This document shows positions 31,135 through 41,416 of a stretch of 64,000 bases of DNA, piece after piece. The notes under the pieces are model-generated. The model was not told where the DNA came from, searched no databases, and saw only the letters and a program-made list of their open reading frames with translations. Origin of the DNA: an uncultured Acidobacteriota bacterium (lineage in GTDB: Bacteria > Acidobacteriota > Blastocatellia > RBC074); contig CAWCKY010000002.1 of assembly GCA_963796275.1 (NCBI GenBank), positions 288,001 through 352,000 on the forward strand. Direction: 5' to 3'. Each line of letters starts with the position of its first letter. Position 1 is the first letter of the stretch. The translations under genes were made by a program, and so were the position numbers.

Positions 31135-33414
31135 TCAATTCCCCGAATTCCCGGTAATAACTTTTGTGGCGCGATCGATTTCGGCCGTGAACCGTTGGAG
31201 GACCGCCGCGGTGACTTCCACCTGTTCGGATGCCTCTTTCCAGTTTCGTTGTTCTATCGCTTCCCTCACTCCTGGCAGCGTCTTTACACCATATCCGGTA
31301 TAGAAGCCCGGAGCATAGATTTGATGTCGATACCAATTACGCCGGGGCAATCCCTCATTTCGAATTAGTGCGCGCTCAGTCTTCATGAGTATCTGATCCA
31401 ACTCGTCCTGCATGTCGCGCGGCAATAGGCGTCCGTCAGCCGTAGCACTTGTTCTTTCATTCTGGTAACGTCGCGCACTCTCCTGCAATCGAATCAGAGC
31501 GTTTTGCAGCGGCGCAAAGTTGAGGTAAGGGACCGGCTCTTTGGGCCGGGGAGCGACATATGGCTTCATCGGATCAGAGACCGCTTCCAAAAGTCTCTCG
31601 TTGATCAACCTGTTCCCGCGCTTTGTCTCTTCACGCGTGTTATCCAGCAACCTGGTAACCTCGGCGAGATATTTCCCGACCGCATCGGCGAAGCCCAGAA
31701 ACTCGAAAGGCAGTACCTCGGCATTCGCGCTTCGCAGCACCGCCCGGCCAGTCGTCTGCATAAGTGCAACACCATAGTCAAAGTTTGGATCGACGAATCT
31801 GGTGAAATGATCGAAAGAGTCATAGACCGAATGGTAAACGCCGTTGTAGTCCTCCTCGCCTGCAAATCCAATGTTGAGCGAGGCGATCCCAAGATGTTGG
31901 AGGAAAGGAGTGTAATCGGAGCCGGATCCGAGAGCCTCGATGCGCAGATCATCGCGATCTCTCGCTTCCCGCTGCTCTTCCGGACTGCCTCTGACGATTA
32001 GCGATGCTCGCAAACGATCGGCCACCGTAATCTTTTTCTTTGGATCGCTGACGTCACGCGCCACTTCATTGATAAATTTCTCAAGCGTGTGGGACCCACC
32101 CATACTCAGAAATCCGCGCCCGTACATATCCGTGTTGATATAAAGCGCAGCATGCTTTTTGAGCTGTTCCGCATGCGTTTCTACCCATTCGGTCGAACCT
32201 ATGAGGGCCGGTTCCTCGCCATCCCACGCCGCATAGACTATCGTGCGCTTAGGCCTCCGGCCCTGCTTTGCCAACTCGCCGATCGCGCGCGCCTCTTCCA
32301 TCAATGTGACCAGACCGCTCACAGGGTCGCCAGCGCCGCACACCCACGCATCGTGATGATTGCCGCGAATGATCCATTCGTCCGGTCGCTCTGAACCGCG
32401 TAGCCTGGCGATCACGTTATAGAGCGGAGCCTGCTTCCAATCGAACTCCAATTTTAGATGAACCATCGTTGGGCCGGGCCCCAGATGGTAGGTCAGCGGT
32501 AAGGCCCCTCGCCATTCCAGCGGCGCCAGAGGTCCGTCGAGAGCCCGCAGAAGAGGAAGAGCGTCGGCATAGGATATCGGAAGCACCGGGATTTTGGTGA
32601 TCGTCGGAGCCTCTTTCACGGTCAATCGTTTTGCATCTCTGGTGGCCCCGATGGCCGGAGTCAGCGGGTCGCCGGGATAGAGCGGCATATCCATCACCGA
32701 ACCGCGTTGCGCTCCGTATTCATTGCGCCAGCCACCTTTCGGATAAACATCCCCTCGGTAATAACCGTCATCGCGTGGATCGGAATAGATGAGACATCCG
32801 ATAGCCCCGCGTTCAGCCGCAACCTTCGGCTTGATCCCTCGCCAAGAGCCGCCATAGCGCGCGATGACGATCTTTCCTTTGACATCGATACCATGCTCGG
32901 CCAACACTTCATAGTCCGCGGGTATGCCGTAATTGACGTAGACAAGCTGACCCGTCACGTCGCCATCGACCGAGTAAGCATTATAGGGCGGTAGTTGCTC
33001 TTCAATCAGACCCGAGGTCGAGTCTTCTTTGAGCGGAGGTTCGGCCAGGCTGGCCTTGAATTTTGCCGGCTCCAACATCTCCAGCAGTCGCAACTTCGGC
33101 GTGGGAAATAGAACATCGAACTGCTCGATCTCGGTCTCATAACCCCAGGCGCGGAATTGCGAAGCTATGAACTCCGCATTCTGCTTACCGTGAGATGAAC
33201 CGAGGTGATGCGGTCTGGCTGTCAACCGCTTCATCCAATCACGCAGGTTCTCCCGTTTGAGCGAAGCATCGAACTGCTCCTCGATCGAGCGCTGCTTCTC
33301 CATATTCTCACGGCTGAATCCGAGAAGTAGCCTGTCATCGGTCGCGTCGACATGCACCATAAAGCTGAATGTTATGCAAAATATTAATAGCGAGCGGGTA
33401 AGGATATCGCGCAT
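31135..33414 (-). CDS. M28 peptidase, glutamate carboxypeptidase II-like (PA and TfR-dimer domains)
   Basis: RGNHHDAW, DPVSG, WDGEE, GSGSDY, YHS.YD; signal peptide; ATG 33414 follows GAGGAG. Confidence 0.9.
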   Translation of the reverse strand: MRDILTRSLLIFCITFSFMVHVDATDDRLLLGFSRENMEKQRSIEEQFDASLKRENLRDWMKRLTARPHHLGSSHGKQNAEFIASQFRAWGYETEIEQFDVLFPTPKLRLLEMLEPAKFKASLAEPPLKEDSTSGLIEEQLPPYNAYSVDGDVTGQLVYVNYGIPADYEVLAEHGIDVKGKIVIARYGGSWRGIKPKVAAERGAIGCLIYSDPRDDGYYRGDVYPKGGWRNEYGAQRGSVMDMPLYPGDPLTPAIGATRDAKRLTVKEAPTITKIPVLPISYADALPLLRALDGPLAPLEWRGALPLTYHLGPGPTMVHLKLEFDWKQAPLYNVIARLRGSERPDEWIIRGNHHDAWVCGAGDPVSGLVTLMEEARAIGELAKQGRRPKRTIVYAAWDGEEPALIGSTEWVETHAEQLKKHAALYINTDMYGRGFLSMGGSHTLEKFINEVARDVSDPKKKITVADRLRASLIVRGSPEEQREARDRDDLRIEALGSGSDYTPFLQHLGIASLNIGFAGEEDYNGVYHSVYDSFDHFTRFVDPNFDYGVALMQTTGRAVLRSANAEVLPFEFLGFADAVGKYLAEVTRLLDNTREETKRGNRLINERLLEAVSDPMKPYVAPRPKEPVPYLNFAPLQNALIRLQESARRYQNERTSATADGRLLPRDMQDELDQILMKTERALIRNEGLPRRNWYRHQIYAPGFYTGYGVKTLPGVREAIEQRNWKEASEQVEVTAAVLQRFTAEIDRATKVITGNSGN

Positions 33415-33714
33415 TGAAATCTCCTCGGGAAAATACATCAAATTTAAGGTTTCATGTTTCTGTTGACGGCATATCAATATGTTATTTTCTTGCCGGTATT
33501 GGAGTCATACTAAAGCGGATTGCCCAATCCACCAAATCAGTTCTCGTCTGGATTTCTTCAAGTTCGATTAATCGGGCGGACTACAATCAGCTGGACACGA
33601 ACCTCACCTCATGAAACTTGGCGGGATCGCGAACGCGGGCGGCTTGAGCCGTATCCAGATCGGCCTGAAACTCTAACATTGACGGCACCGGTTAACGAAG
33701 GCTAAAAGAAAATA

Positions 33715-33795
33715 CGGTATAAACGAAAAAAAAACGAAACATACAAAAATCTTAAAACCTTTCGTATGTTTCGTATTAACCGATTGTTCGTGTTC
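33715..33795. repeat. AT-rich inverted repeat (acgaaacatac / gtatgtttcgt), possible terminator
   Basis: Complementary short repeats downstream of the 33822..34601 ORF. Confidence 0.4.
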
Positions 33796-33821
33796 TCTGA
33801 CCCGGCAAAGAGCGTGGCTGC

Positions 33822-34601
33822 TTATCGATCTGCATTCAGCGCAACGCTCTTCCGCGCAGTCGCCGATTCGTAATACGCATCGCCGGCGAAATCCATGAAC
33901 ACGGTCTGCTGTCCAAATATCTGTGAAGTAGCGATCTGGCAGCGCGCGACTCCATCGGCGCGCGTCACGCCCGAGCACTTCCGGGCGTCTGGTCCCGAAC
34001 CCACGGTGAACACGATTGTGCGCTTTTTGATCGGTTTGCCGTCATCGTCGGCCAAGAGCGCTGTCAGCGTGACATAACGCCCGCCTGCTCGATTCGCATC
34101 GGCAAACCACTGGACGATAGTTCTCTCTTTTGCCACCAGGAGGGAGTCCTGCTTCTCTATCGAAAGGTTCTCTGTGTCGCCGCCGAATGACACAACCAGT
34201 GGTATGGCGAGCGCGAGATGCGGCTTTCCGTCAATCGGATCACTTCGCAGAAGCTTGAGCGACTTCAGGTCCTCTTTGGGCGGGCTGCCCGCGCTCTCCT
34301 TCAAAGCGACGTTGTAGGAATAGAGACGTCCCGGCAAGAGCGCATTTTCCTGGGAAAGTTTAAACGCGACGACCGCGATGTGGAGATGGTCGCCGATGCG
34401 AATAGTCTTGGCTAAATCCGTTTCGGGCTTAATAATCGGCTGGCTGACATTGAACAGAAGCGATGCGCCATCATCTTTGACCAATCCCTCCCAGAGACTG
34501 AGCTGCACCTGGCGTTCCTCGCTTAACGCTACCCAAACAGTTACCAGAGTTGGCTCCACTCGTCGAAGAATCGGGCCAGCAAGAATCTGCGGCAGAGGCA
34601 T
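33822..34601 (-). CDS. Hypothetical protein, probably chimeric (PhoD-associated-type N-terminus joined to an Ig-like C-terminus)
   Basis: LAGPILRRVEP..VTVWVAL resembles starts of much longer PhoD-like proteins; after ~aa 130 it switches to LTALLADDDGKPI..TRADGVA..FAGDAYY (Ig-like). Confidence 0.5.
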   Translation of the reverse strand: MPLPQILAGPILRRVEPTLVTVWVALSEERQVQLSLWEGLVKDDGASLLFNVSQPIIKPETDLAKTIRIGDHLHIAVVAFKLSQENALLPGRLYSYNVALKESAGSPPKEDLKSLKLLRSDPIDGKPHLALAIPLVVSFGGDTENLSIEKQDSLLVAKERTIVQWFADANRAGGRYVTLTALLADDDGKPIKKRTIVFTVGSGPDARKCSGVTRADGVARCQIATSQIFGQQTVFMDFAGDAYYESATARKSVALNADR

Positions 34602-34801
34602 AAATCAGTACTCCTACAAAAGGCATTCCATAAGAACTTAATGGAGAGACACCAATTACGGCGCCCCAGCATCAGGTCCACATAGACTATTAGCTATTCA
34701 ACGGTCGTGTAACGAAAGAAAGCCGAAAAAAAGGCGATAAATCGGCAAATGCCGACGATTGACATTCAGGTTCTACAATTAACCAAAATTTTTTCGCAGG
34801 T

Positions 34802-34905
34802 CAGCCCGCGTAGGCCGGCGGAAGAATCTAGCCCAGGGCGGAGCCGAAGGCGAAGCTTTGGGTATGCTATTGATGTAGTTTGGAGCCCATGAAAAGGGCG
34901 ACAGA
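34802..34905. repeat. REP-like palindromic element
   Basis: agcccagggcggagccgaaggcgaagctttggg hairpin and agcccatgaaaagggcgacaga. Confidence 0.5.
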
Positions 34906-35219
34906 GTTTGGGATCAAAGCCCAAGTTTGTGAAAAATGATTAGCAGAAGATCAATAAATGATGGGAAGACACGGTGATCGTCTAAGCCGCCATAACTGGC
35001 GAAATGTACGGGCGTCATCTGACTAAACTTGTGAAGGGAAAATCGTTAGGTATAAACATTGTGCGTTCTTCGCGGAGCCGGTTTTCGGACTCGTTGTCTA
35101 TGCGCGGGATAGGGTTATCGAGCTGATAACGTATATCTAACTGGTCCGAGCGCGAATTGTGGATGGAGCGCTCGTTTTGATGCGAGGCACCGCTTTTCGT
35201 GAGCGATGGCGGCCGGAGT

Positions 35220-35567
35220 TTAGCTTACCGCCACACCCCCTTTTTCGAATATTTCTTCAAGCACATCACACCCGAATCTCTGATAAACCTCAAGTGCCGT
35301 CAGCATTACGTCATCTGGTGACATTCGCCATGACCTGAGCCAGCCATCCATGTCTAGAAAACAGACCTTTTCTGAACGAACAAGCGCGAGCCGCACCATG
35401 TCATCGGGCAATACATAGTCAAGTTTCGATCGGTCTTGTTCTCGTACCAGTTTTTCAAAATCATCAATCCATATCCCGAATTGTCTCCAGCTACTCTGCG
35501 ACGATGCTATCGACTGAAGTAGAGCTTTATCGCCGTCCATGATTGCCATAAGTTGCCAAAGTTTCAT
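35220..35567 (-). CDS. Hypothetical protein
   Basis: 115 aa ORF with AAGGA RBS and plausible composition; no family recognised. Confidence 0.5.
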   Translation of the reverse strand: MKLWQLMAIMDGDKALLQSIASSQSSWRQFGIWIDDFEKLVREQDRSKLDYVLPDDMVRLALVRSEKVCFLDMDGWLRSWRMSPDDVMLTALEVYQRFGCDVLEEIFEKGGVAVS

Positions 35568-35833
35568 CAGTCACTATCCTTCATCGTTTTCCGAACGGTA
35601 TTGGATTCACTTTACACCCAAGATACTCCCAAAGCTTAACCGTTGCATCCCATCGTTGAGGAGTAATCCCAGCACCCATCACCGAAGCGTCCGGATCCCG
35701 CATTAATAGTCACCATGCTGTCCGCCCCAAACCAGGCCTACCCACCTATTGCCGCTTCAGAGCTGCTATTTTTGGGAGTACGCTCCATTCGGTCGCGAGG
35801 ATGCGCTTTACCGTCCAAGGTTCGATTCACTAT

Positions 35834-37813
35834 TCACTTGGTGCGGCGTTTTATGCGTTCCAGAATGGCGCGCATCGTGTCGGGGTCGTTATCAAACGCG
35901 GTGTGCGAAGTGGCACGACAACGCATAGCCAACACCGCGTCGGGTGCGGTCGGCGCGTTGATAAAGTCCCAGACTTTTACTTTGCTCGACGGAGATTTTG
36001 CAGGGTTGACAAAGTGAACGAACTTCTCCATCCCGAGTATCGGCGTGCTGGGCTTACGCTCGCAGGCATTCGATACCAGGTAGAGTAGAGAGCGATTGTA
36101 AAGACTCGCGCAGTTGTCGTCCTGTTCCACCTTGTCGGTCAGGTGGAATTGCGTATACGCTGAAACCTTGCCGGCCTCGTACGCGGGCAGCACATTCTGC
36201 CGGAACAGATCGATCCGACAGGCGGGAGCCATCAAATACATTCCATGTACCGTAAATTTGGACTGTAACAACTCGGGCAGCAGGTGCGCGTGGAAGACAG
36301 CGCCGGCGCTGTGGCCTATCAGATGAAAGCGCATCCGCCTGGTCAACGCCTGCGGTAAAGCGTTCAGCTCTCTGGCCAACAACCGCACCCCGCCATTCGG
36401 GCTGGTGGTCGCTTGTAAGGCGTTCTCCTTGATCTCTTCCCAAATGGGCGTGCTCACCGGAGCGATCAGGCCTTCAAGACGATCGTCGACAAAATCGGTT
36501 AAACGATCCCTGAAGCCTCCCGCTGCCTGACTCATGCCCAACGCCTCAGTGAAAATATGGTCGATCGTTCGCAGAAGCCCCGTCTCCCACATAAAAAATA
36601 CGGGAAAGATTTTGCGGGCATAAAGCGCTGGAATCCATTGCGACGCCGTCTGCGCCGCGCCGTCTTCGGAGACCAGGCCACCATGCGCGTACAGAGCTAT
36701 ATCGATCGGCTCATCATCATTCAGCTTCCAATCGTTGAGCGCGTTGGGCAAATAGTGATGTGCCATCTCATGCAGATCATCTCTGCTGGTCCTAAATTTA
36801 CCGTGGTCTGAGAGCTTGCCGTTGTTCTCTAAATTGACGATATACGGGCTGATCTGTTGCGCGCGCACGGCGCCGTTGGAAGACACCATCGCTTGCGCAA
36901 ATCCCAGCGGGTCGGAATATCTGGCCGTGCGACGGGCTTCGATGGCACGCTCGAGTCTCAATCCTTGACCCAAGCTATCCGTATGCGAGGTGACGTAAAC
37001 GCCCAATTGGCCGATCCATGCGTCCATGCCGTTTTCCAGCCAATCAGTATAAGCGAGATGTGCGAATCCGTTGCGCCCCCATTTTCGACCCCACGAATTC
37101 TGAATCCAGAAACCATGCGTATCGTAGCCGACCAGCAAAAAAGCGTGTCCACCCAAATTTGCCGGGCCCCGATGGTTCAAAATCCGTCCATCCGGTTGCG
37201 GGGACATCCAGCCTTCGTGAATCTGCGCTGTTACATAGACGACCCCGATCTCGTTCAGTGCCGCGTGCAGATCGGCGACAGAAAGATGATCCACGCGGTA
37301 GTAAGCGCCAAGCGGCTTGCGAAAAGCGTCGCTGACCCAATTTCCATCTGAATTTACCGCCACGCTCTTCTTTCGCCCGATGGCTTTCCTGGCGGGAGCG
37401 AGCAGCGGCATCTCCATCCTGGGCCAGAGCTCGAACCGGCATACGCCGTGTTTGTTCCAAGATTTCATCGCGCCGCGCGCCGTCGAACCATCAGCCGCGT
37501 CGCTGCCCCGCAATTCGTCGTAGCGGCGCGCGAAGTGATAGAGCATAAACGGCGAGACATCACCGGGCTGCTCGCCTTGCTGCTGGTGTACATCCCAACG
37601 TTTGAAGGTGAGCAATTCGACCATCGCCGCCAGCGCGAAACCGGTACATGCCGAAGTAACCCCCTGATCTTTCACTCGGTCGCGCCATGCAGGATGATCG
37701 AATGGACGCGCATTGTACTCCGGCTCCAACGAGCGAAGGATGGGGTTGTAGATCCGGTCGCGCAGGTCAGGCGGATCCGGACGCATATTCATTATTCTCT
37801 GTTTGTCTGCCAT
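35834..37813 (-). CDS. Papain-like C1 cysteine peptidase fused to an alpha/beta-hydrolase-like domain
   Basis: DQG.TSACTGFA, GGHAFLLVGY, IQNSWG (Cys/His/Asn); then YAHGGL, IGHSAGA, MAPAC. Confidence 0.85.
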   Translation of the reverse strand: MADKQRIMNMRPDPPDLRDRIYNPILRSLEPEYNARPFDHPAWRDRVKDQGVTSACTGFALAAMVELLTFKRWDVHQQQGEQPGDVSPFMLYHFARRYDELRGSDAADGSTARGAMKSWNKHGVCRFELWPRMEMPLLAPARKAIGRKKSVAVNSDGNWVSDAFRKPLGAYYRVDHLSVADLHAALNEIGVVYVTAQIHEGWMSPQPDGRILNHRGPANLGGHAFLLVGYDTHGFWIQNSWGRKWGRNGFAHLAYTDWLENGMDAWIGQLGVYVTSHTDSLGQGLRLERAIEARRTARYSDPLGFAQAMVSSNGAVRAQQISPYIVNLENNGKLSDHGKFRTSRDDLHEMAHHYLPNALNDWKLNDDEPIDIALYAHGGLVSEDGAAQTASQWIPALYARKIFPVFFMWETGLLRTIDHIFTEALGMSQAAGGFRDRLTDFVDDRLEGLIAPVSTPIWEEIKENALQATTSPNGGVRLLARELNALPQALTRRMRFHLIGHSAGAVFHAHLLPELLQSKFTVHGMYLMAPACRIDLFRQNVLPAYEAGKVSAYTQFHLTDKVEQDDNCASLYNRSLLYLVSNACERKPSTPILGMEKFVHFVNPAKSPSSKVKVWDFINAPTAPDAVLAMRCRATSHTAFDNDPDTMRAILERIKRRTK

Positions 37814-37919
37814 ATTCTGGGTGCCTCATTGTTAAGTCAAACCTCAATTGACGAGCAGATGGCTTCGGCGGAGGCATTCCAACTGGCTCATCCACGATTC
37901 CATCAGCCCAATTATCCGG

Positions 37920-38385
37920 CTATTTGAGCGTCAGGGTCGCTTTACGGACCGAGAAGCTATCATCTCCTGAAAATACGAGGTAAAGAGTCCGCCCGTCCGC
38001 GCTCATCCACTTTGTGGGGAAGCTTGCCGTATCACCCGGGCCAACATCCCATCGATTGGTAAAGTACACGGTCGTCCACCGTCCCCAAGGTTCGGGAGCG
38101 TCGTAAATCGCGAGACCGCCGCTGAAGCGGACATCGATTCTGCTCTTACGACCAGGGAGGCCTTTGTCTGCGGGCAGCCAGAGCATCCTTGAGAGCGTCG
38201 AGTTTAACCTGGGACATCCCATGGCTTTCAGGCCTGGTTGTTCGCCATTCAAAGGTTGAAGCGGCACAGCTTGAACGCGCATACAAATTTTTATAGTGCG
38301 GTTTCAGGGCCAGGTAGCTGATCTGCGCAATGAGCGCCCAAGCCAGGCAGGTGAGTAATAGAGGACAAACTGATGATCTTTTCAT
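37920..38385 (-). pseudogene. Internally deleted serine-hydrolase-type N-terminus joined to a beta-propeller-like (DUF4185-type) C-terminus
   Basis: Signal peptide and PESHGMSQVKLDALKD.L..(TKASLVVR) joined near 38140 to GGLAIYDAPEPWG.WTT..SFPTKWMSADGRTLYLVFSGDDSFSVR. Confidence 0.6.
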
Positions 38386-38597
38386 TCGCGCTGATCTATT
38401 GGTCGCTTACGAATTTTCGAGGCGATCGGACTCAGATGCCATAACTCCGGCGGCGTACGCTTTTGCGAGCCCGCCATTTATATAACTCCACGTCGCTGAC
38501 GGCCTGACACACGGTCGAAACTATCAATGAATTGTTGTCACAGTTTATGCTATTTACCCATAACAAACTAACAATTCCCTGCTCACATTATCTTCAA

Positions 38598-39344
38598 TCA
38601 GAGCCGCGGTGTAGGCCGCTGGGTCCCACCAGCCCAGAAGTAATTCCCAACTGCATCTTTATACCAGTGTGAGTTGCCGCTCACCGTTTCGCCGCTGCTC
38701 GACCATCCCACGTAAGCCAACTCCGCTTCTGCGTTCACGGTTTTTACTTTCTTGGCCGCGGTCGTGGGCGCGCCTTTCCGCAGATTGAGCCTGCCCAGAG
38801 TTTTGACCACGCCCGGGTGGGGAATGAAATTGTAATTGGAATCATTCAATGCCTCCGCTCGGGCCATTTTGACTACTTTGTCTATGCTGACGACGCTTCC
38901 CGGGCAAGTCTTGAAACTATAAATCTCGCGATGGCCGATTATATGATCGCGATCAAGCGGGATAGACCAGCGCATACAAATGTCGCGTATCAAAGCGGTG
39001 GTGGCTTCGTACATAGCCTGCGGCCAGACACTGCCATCATCACCTTCATGCTCAATACCGATCGTGTAAAGATTGGGGTTGACACCGTTCTTGATCAGAC
39101 CCCAGGTCGGATTCTTACGGCGCCCGGCGTGGAACGCCGTGTCGGTTTCCGACACGTACTGGTGAACCGTGCCGTCACGGCCGACGCCGTAGTGGGCGGA
39201 GACGTTGGAAGCCGGATTATTGAACCAGGAATCGGTACCTACCAGCGTGCCCTCCATGATGTGGATGACCACCGCCTCCGGGCGAAAGCCCGCCCGGCCT
39301 CTGGTCTTGTTACTGCTGCCAATCCATTTGATATCAAGCGACAT
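38598..39344 (-). CDS. N-acetylmuramoyl-L-alanine amidase (Amidase_2) with SH3-like C-terminus
   Basis: VIHIMEG, VSAHY, AFHAG, IGIEHEG, IIGHREI..KTCPG; LNLRKGAP; GGAGGG RBS. Confidence 0.9.
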   Translation of the reverse strand: MSLDIKWIGSSNKTRGRAGFRPEAVVIHIMEGTLVGTDSWFNNPASNVSAHYGVGRDGTVHQYVSETDTAFHAGRRKNPTWGLIKNGVNPNLYTIGIEHEGDDGSVWPQAMYEATTALIRDICMRWSIPLDRDHIIGHREIYSFKTCPGSVVSIDKVVKMARAEALNDSNYNFIPHPGVVKTLGRLNLRKGAPTTAAKKVKTVNAEAELAYVGWSSSGETVSGNSHWYKDAVGNYFWAGGTQRPTPRL

Positions 39345-40072
39345 ATCGTTCCCTCCGAAAATGTATAGTAGATCGACTAAACTTCTATACCATCCGATCG
39401 ATCCTAATCAGGAATTCTTCGGTTGGTCATCAAACCCGTTTAATCAACCTACGCTACATCGTTCAAAGCTTTCATAATTACCAACGCTCACCTGCGTTGA
39501 TATAACTTCAATTCGTAAGTGTTGCGTTAGTCCATAAACCTGCTGCAGTTAAAAGTGCCGCTGATTTAATTAACAAAAATAATTGGATCTAAACCGCATC
39601 CCGAGCTAAACCAATAATAAACAGCGATAAATCCGTTTCAATTTGGGTGATCGGCGGCAAATGGCATGAATATGACGAGAGCACACGATTTTGGAAGCGG
39701 GGTCTGCCATAAATAGCTCCGTAGTGATGGTGAATCGTCTATGATGCTGAGAGTCATTATCCAGCTAAGGTAATGGCCGGCACGAAGTCTACTCGCAACG
39801 CGTGCGGATTGCAATGTTTCGAGGGGACTGCATCGATCATCTCGCACGATTAACGAGCAAATCCTGCACGAAACTATCTTGTAAGAACCGCAAGATAGTT
39901 GGTTACCAAATGCGAACATTAATACAGAGAGTGACTACTCCGCCAGCATGCGCAATGATCCGGCTCGCCAAAACGAACTAATGAAGATAAGCTACAAACA
40001 CCAGGTGCCACGCTCTTTTGTGCAGACTGTAGATAAACCTTCTGTCAGGTTGCATATTACGGAGTACATATT

Positions 40073-41221
40073 GTGGAAACGAAGTTCAAGAAAGTTCTAG
40101 TACTCTCGGCTTCGGCCGGTGCGGGTCATGTGCGCGCCGCCCAGGCCCTCGAACGTGCACTCATCGACCTCGATGCGGCCGAGGAGGTGCGCCACATCGA
40201 CGCTCTTGACTACACAAACAAGCTCTTCCGCAACCTCTACACGAGAGCCTATCTCGATCTGGTTAACACCACGCCCGATTTGTTCGGCTGGCTCTACGAC
40301 CGGCTCGACAAGCCATGGAAGAGCGATCGCTTGCTCCTGGCATTCGACAAGCTCAATACCCGGCCGCTGGTGCGCTTGTTGAGGGAGTACATGCCGGAGA
40401 TTTTGATCTGCACTCACTTCTTGCCATCCGAGATTATCTCATTGCTCAAAGCCAGGGAGCGACTGGCTTACCGGCAGGCGATCGTTGTCACTGATTTCGA
40501 CGCTCACGCGATGTGGTTGTGCAACCACTATAAGCATTATTTCGTGGCGCTCGACGAAACGCGCGTTTACTTGACGGCGCTCGGAATCCCGGCGGAAAAA
40601 GTCTCCGTCACCGGCATCCCGATCGATCCTGTTTTCGCGCAAGCGAAAGACAAGCGCGCTATGCGTGACAAGCACGGGCTCAAACAAGATCGAGTGACAA
40701 TCCTCGTCTCAGCGGGCGGTTTCGGCATCGGCCCGATCGACACCCTGATCAAATCGCTTTTGCAGCTCCGGAACAAGGCGCAAGTGATCGTGATCTGTGG
40801 CCGCAACCAAAAGTTGAAAGGCCGGCTCGATCATATAGCCGCACGTCTATTGCCCGACAATCCGGTGGCCCTCAAGGTAGTTGGCTATACAACGGAGATG
40901 GATGAATTGATGGCTGCCTCAGATCTTGTGCTCGGCAAGCCGGGCGGACTCACAACCTCTGAGGCGCTGGCCAAAGGTTTGGTCTTCGTTGTAGTCAATC
41001 CGATCCCAGGGCAGGAGGAACGCAACGCAGACCATCTGCTAGAAGCAGGCGCCGCGATCCGCTGCAATAACTTACCAGTACTCGCCTATAAGATCGATCT
41101 GTTACTTGATGATCCGGCGCGCTTCGCCGCAATGCAGGCGAACGCACGCCGCCTAGCGCGCCCGCGTGCGGCTTACGAAATAGTCAACAAATTGTTGTCG
41201 CTGAGAGAGAAAGTTGTTTAG
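40073..41221 (+). CDS. MGDG synthase / UgtP-like glycosyltransferase (GT28)
   Basis: SASAGAGHVRAA, ICTHF, VVTDF, TGIPI, KPGGLTTSE, PIPGQEERN. Confidence 0.9.
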   Translation: METKFKKVLVLSASAGAGHVRAAQALERALIDLDAAEEVRHIDALDYTNKLFRNLYTRAYLDLVNTTPDLFGWLYDRLDKPWKSDRLLLAFDKLNTRPLVRLLREYMPEILICTHFLPSEIISLLKARERLAYRQAIVVTDFDAHAMWLCNHYKHYFVALDETRVYLTALGIPAEKVSVTGIPIDPVFAQAKDKRAMRDKHGLKQDRVTILVSAGGFGIGPIDTLIKSLLQLRNKAQVIVICGRNQKLKGRLDHIAARLLPDNPVALKVVGYTTEMDELMAASDLVLGKPGGLTTSEALAKGLVFVVVNPIPGQEERNADHLLEAGAAIRCNNLPVLAYKIDLLLDDPARFAAMQANARRLARPRAAYEIVNKLLSLREKVV

Positions 41222-41416
41222 CAAGGTCCTTAGACTTCACCACAAGGCGAGTTGAACACCGAGCTCGATTAGGTAAGGCGGTAATGAACGATCAGGACGC
41301 CATTCAGTCCTTCTTCGCGAAAGATGCCTGAACCGTTGTAATCCCGCCCCACCAGATATTCACACGCCGACCCTTTTGCAGAGTTCGATCGTCCCCGGCA
41401 ATCCTGGATCGCGATA

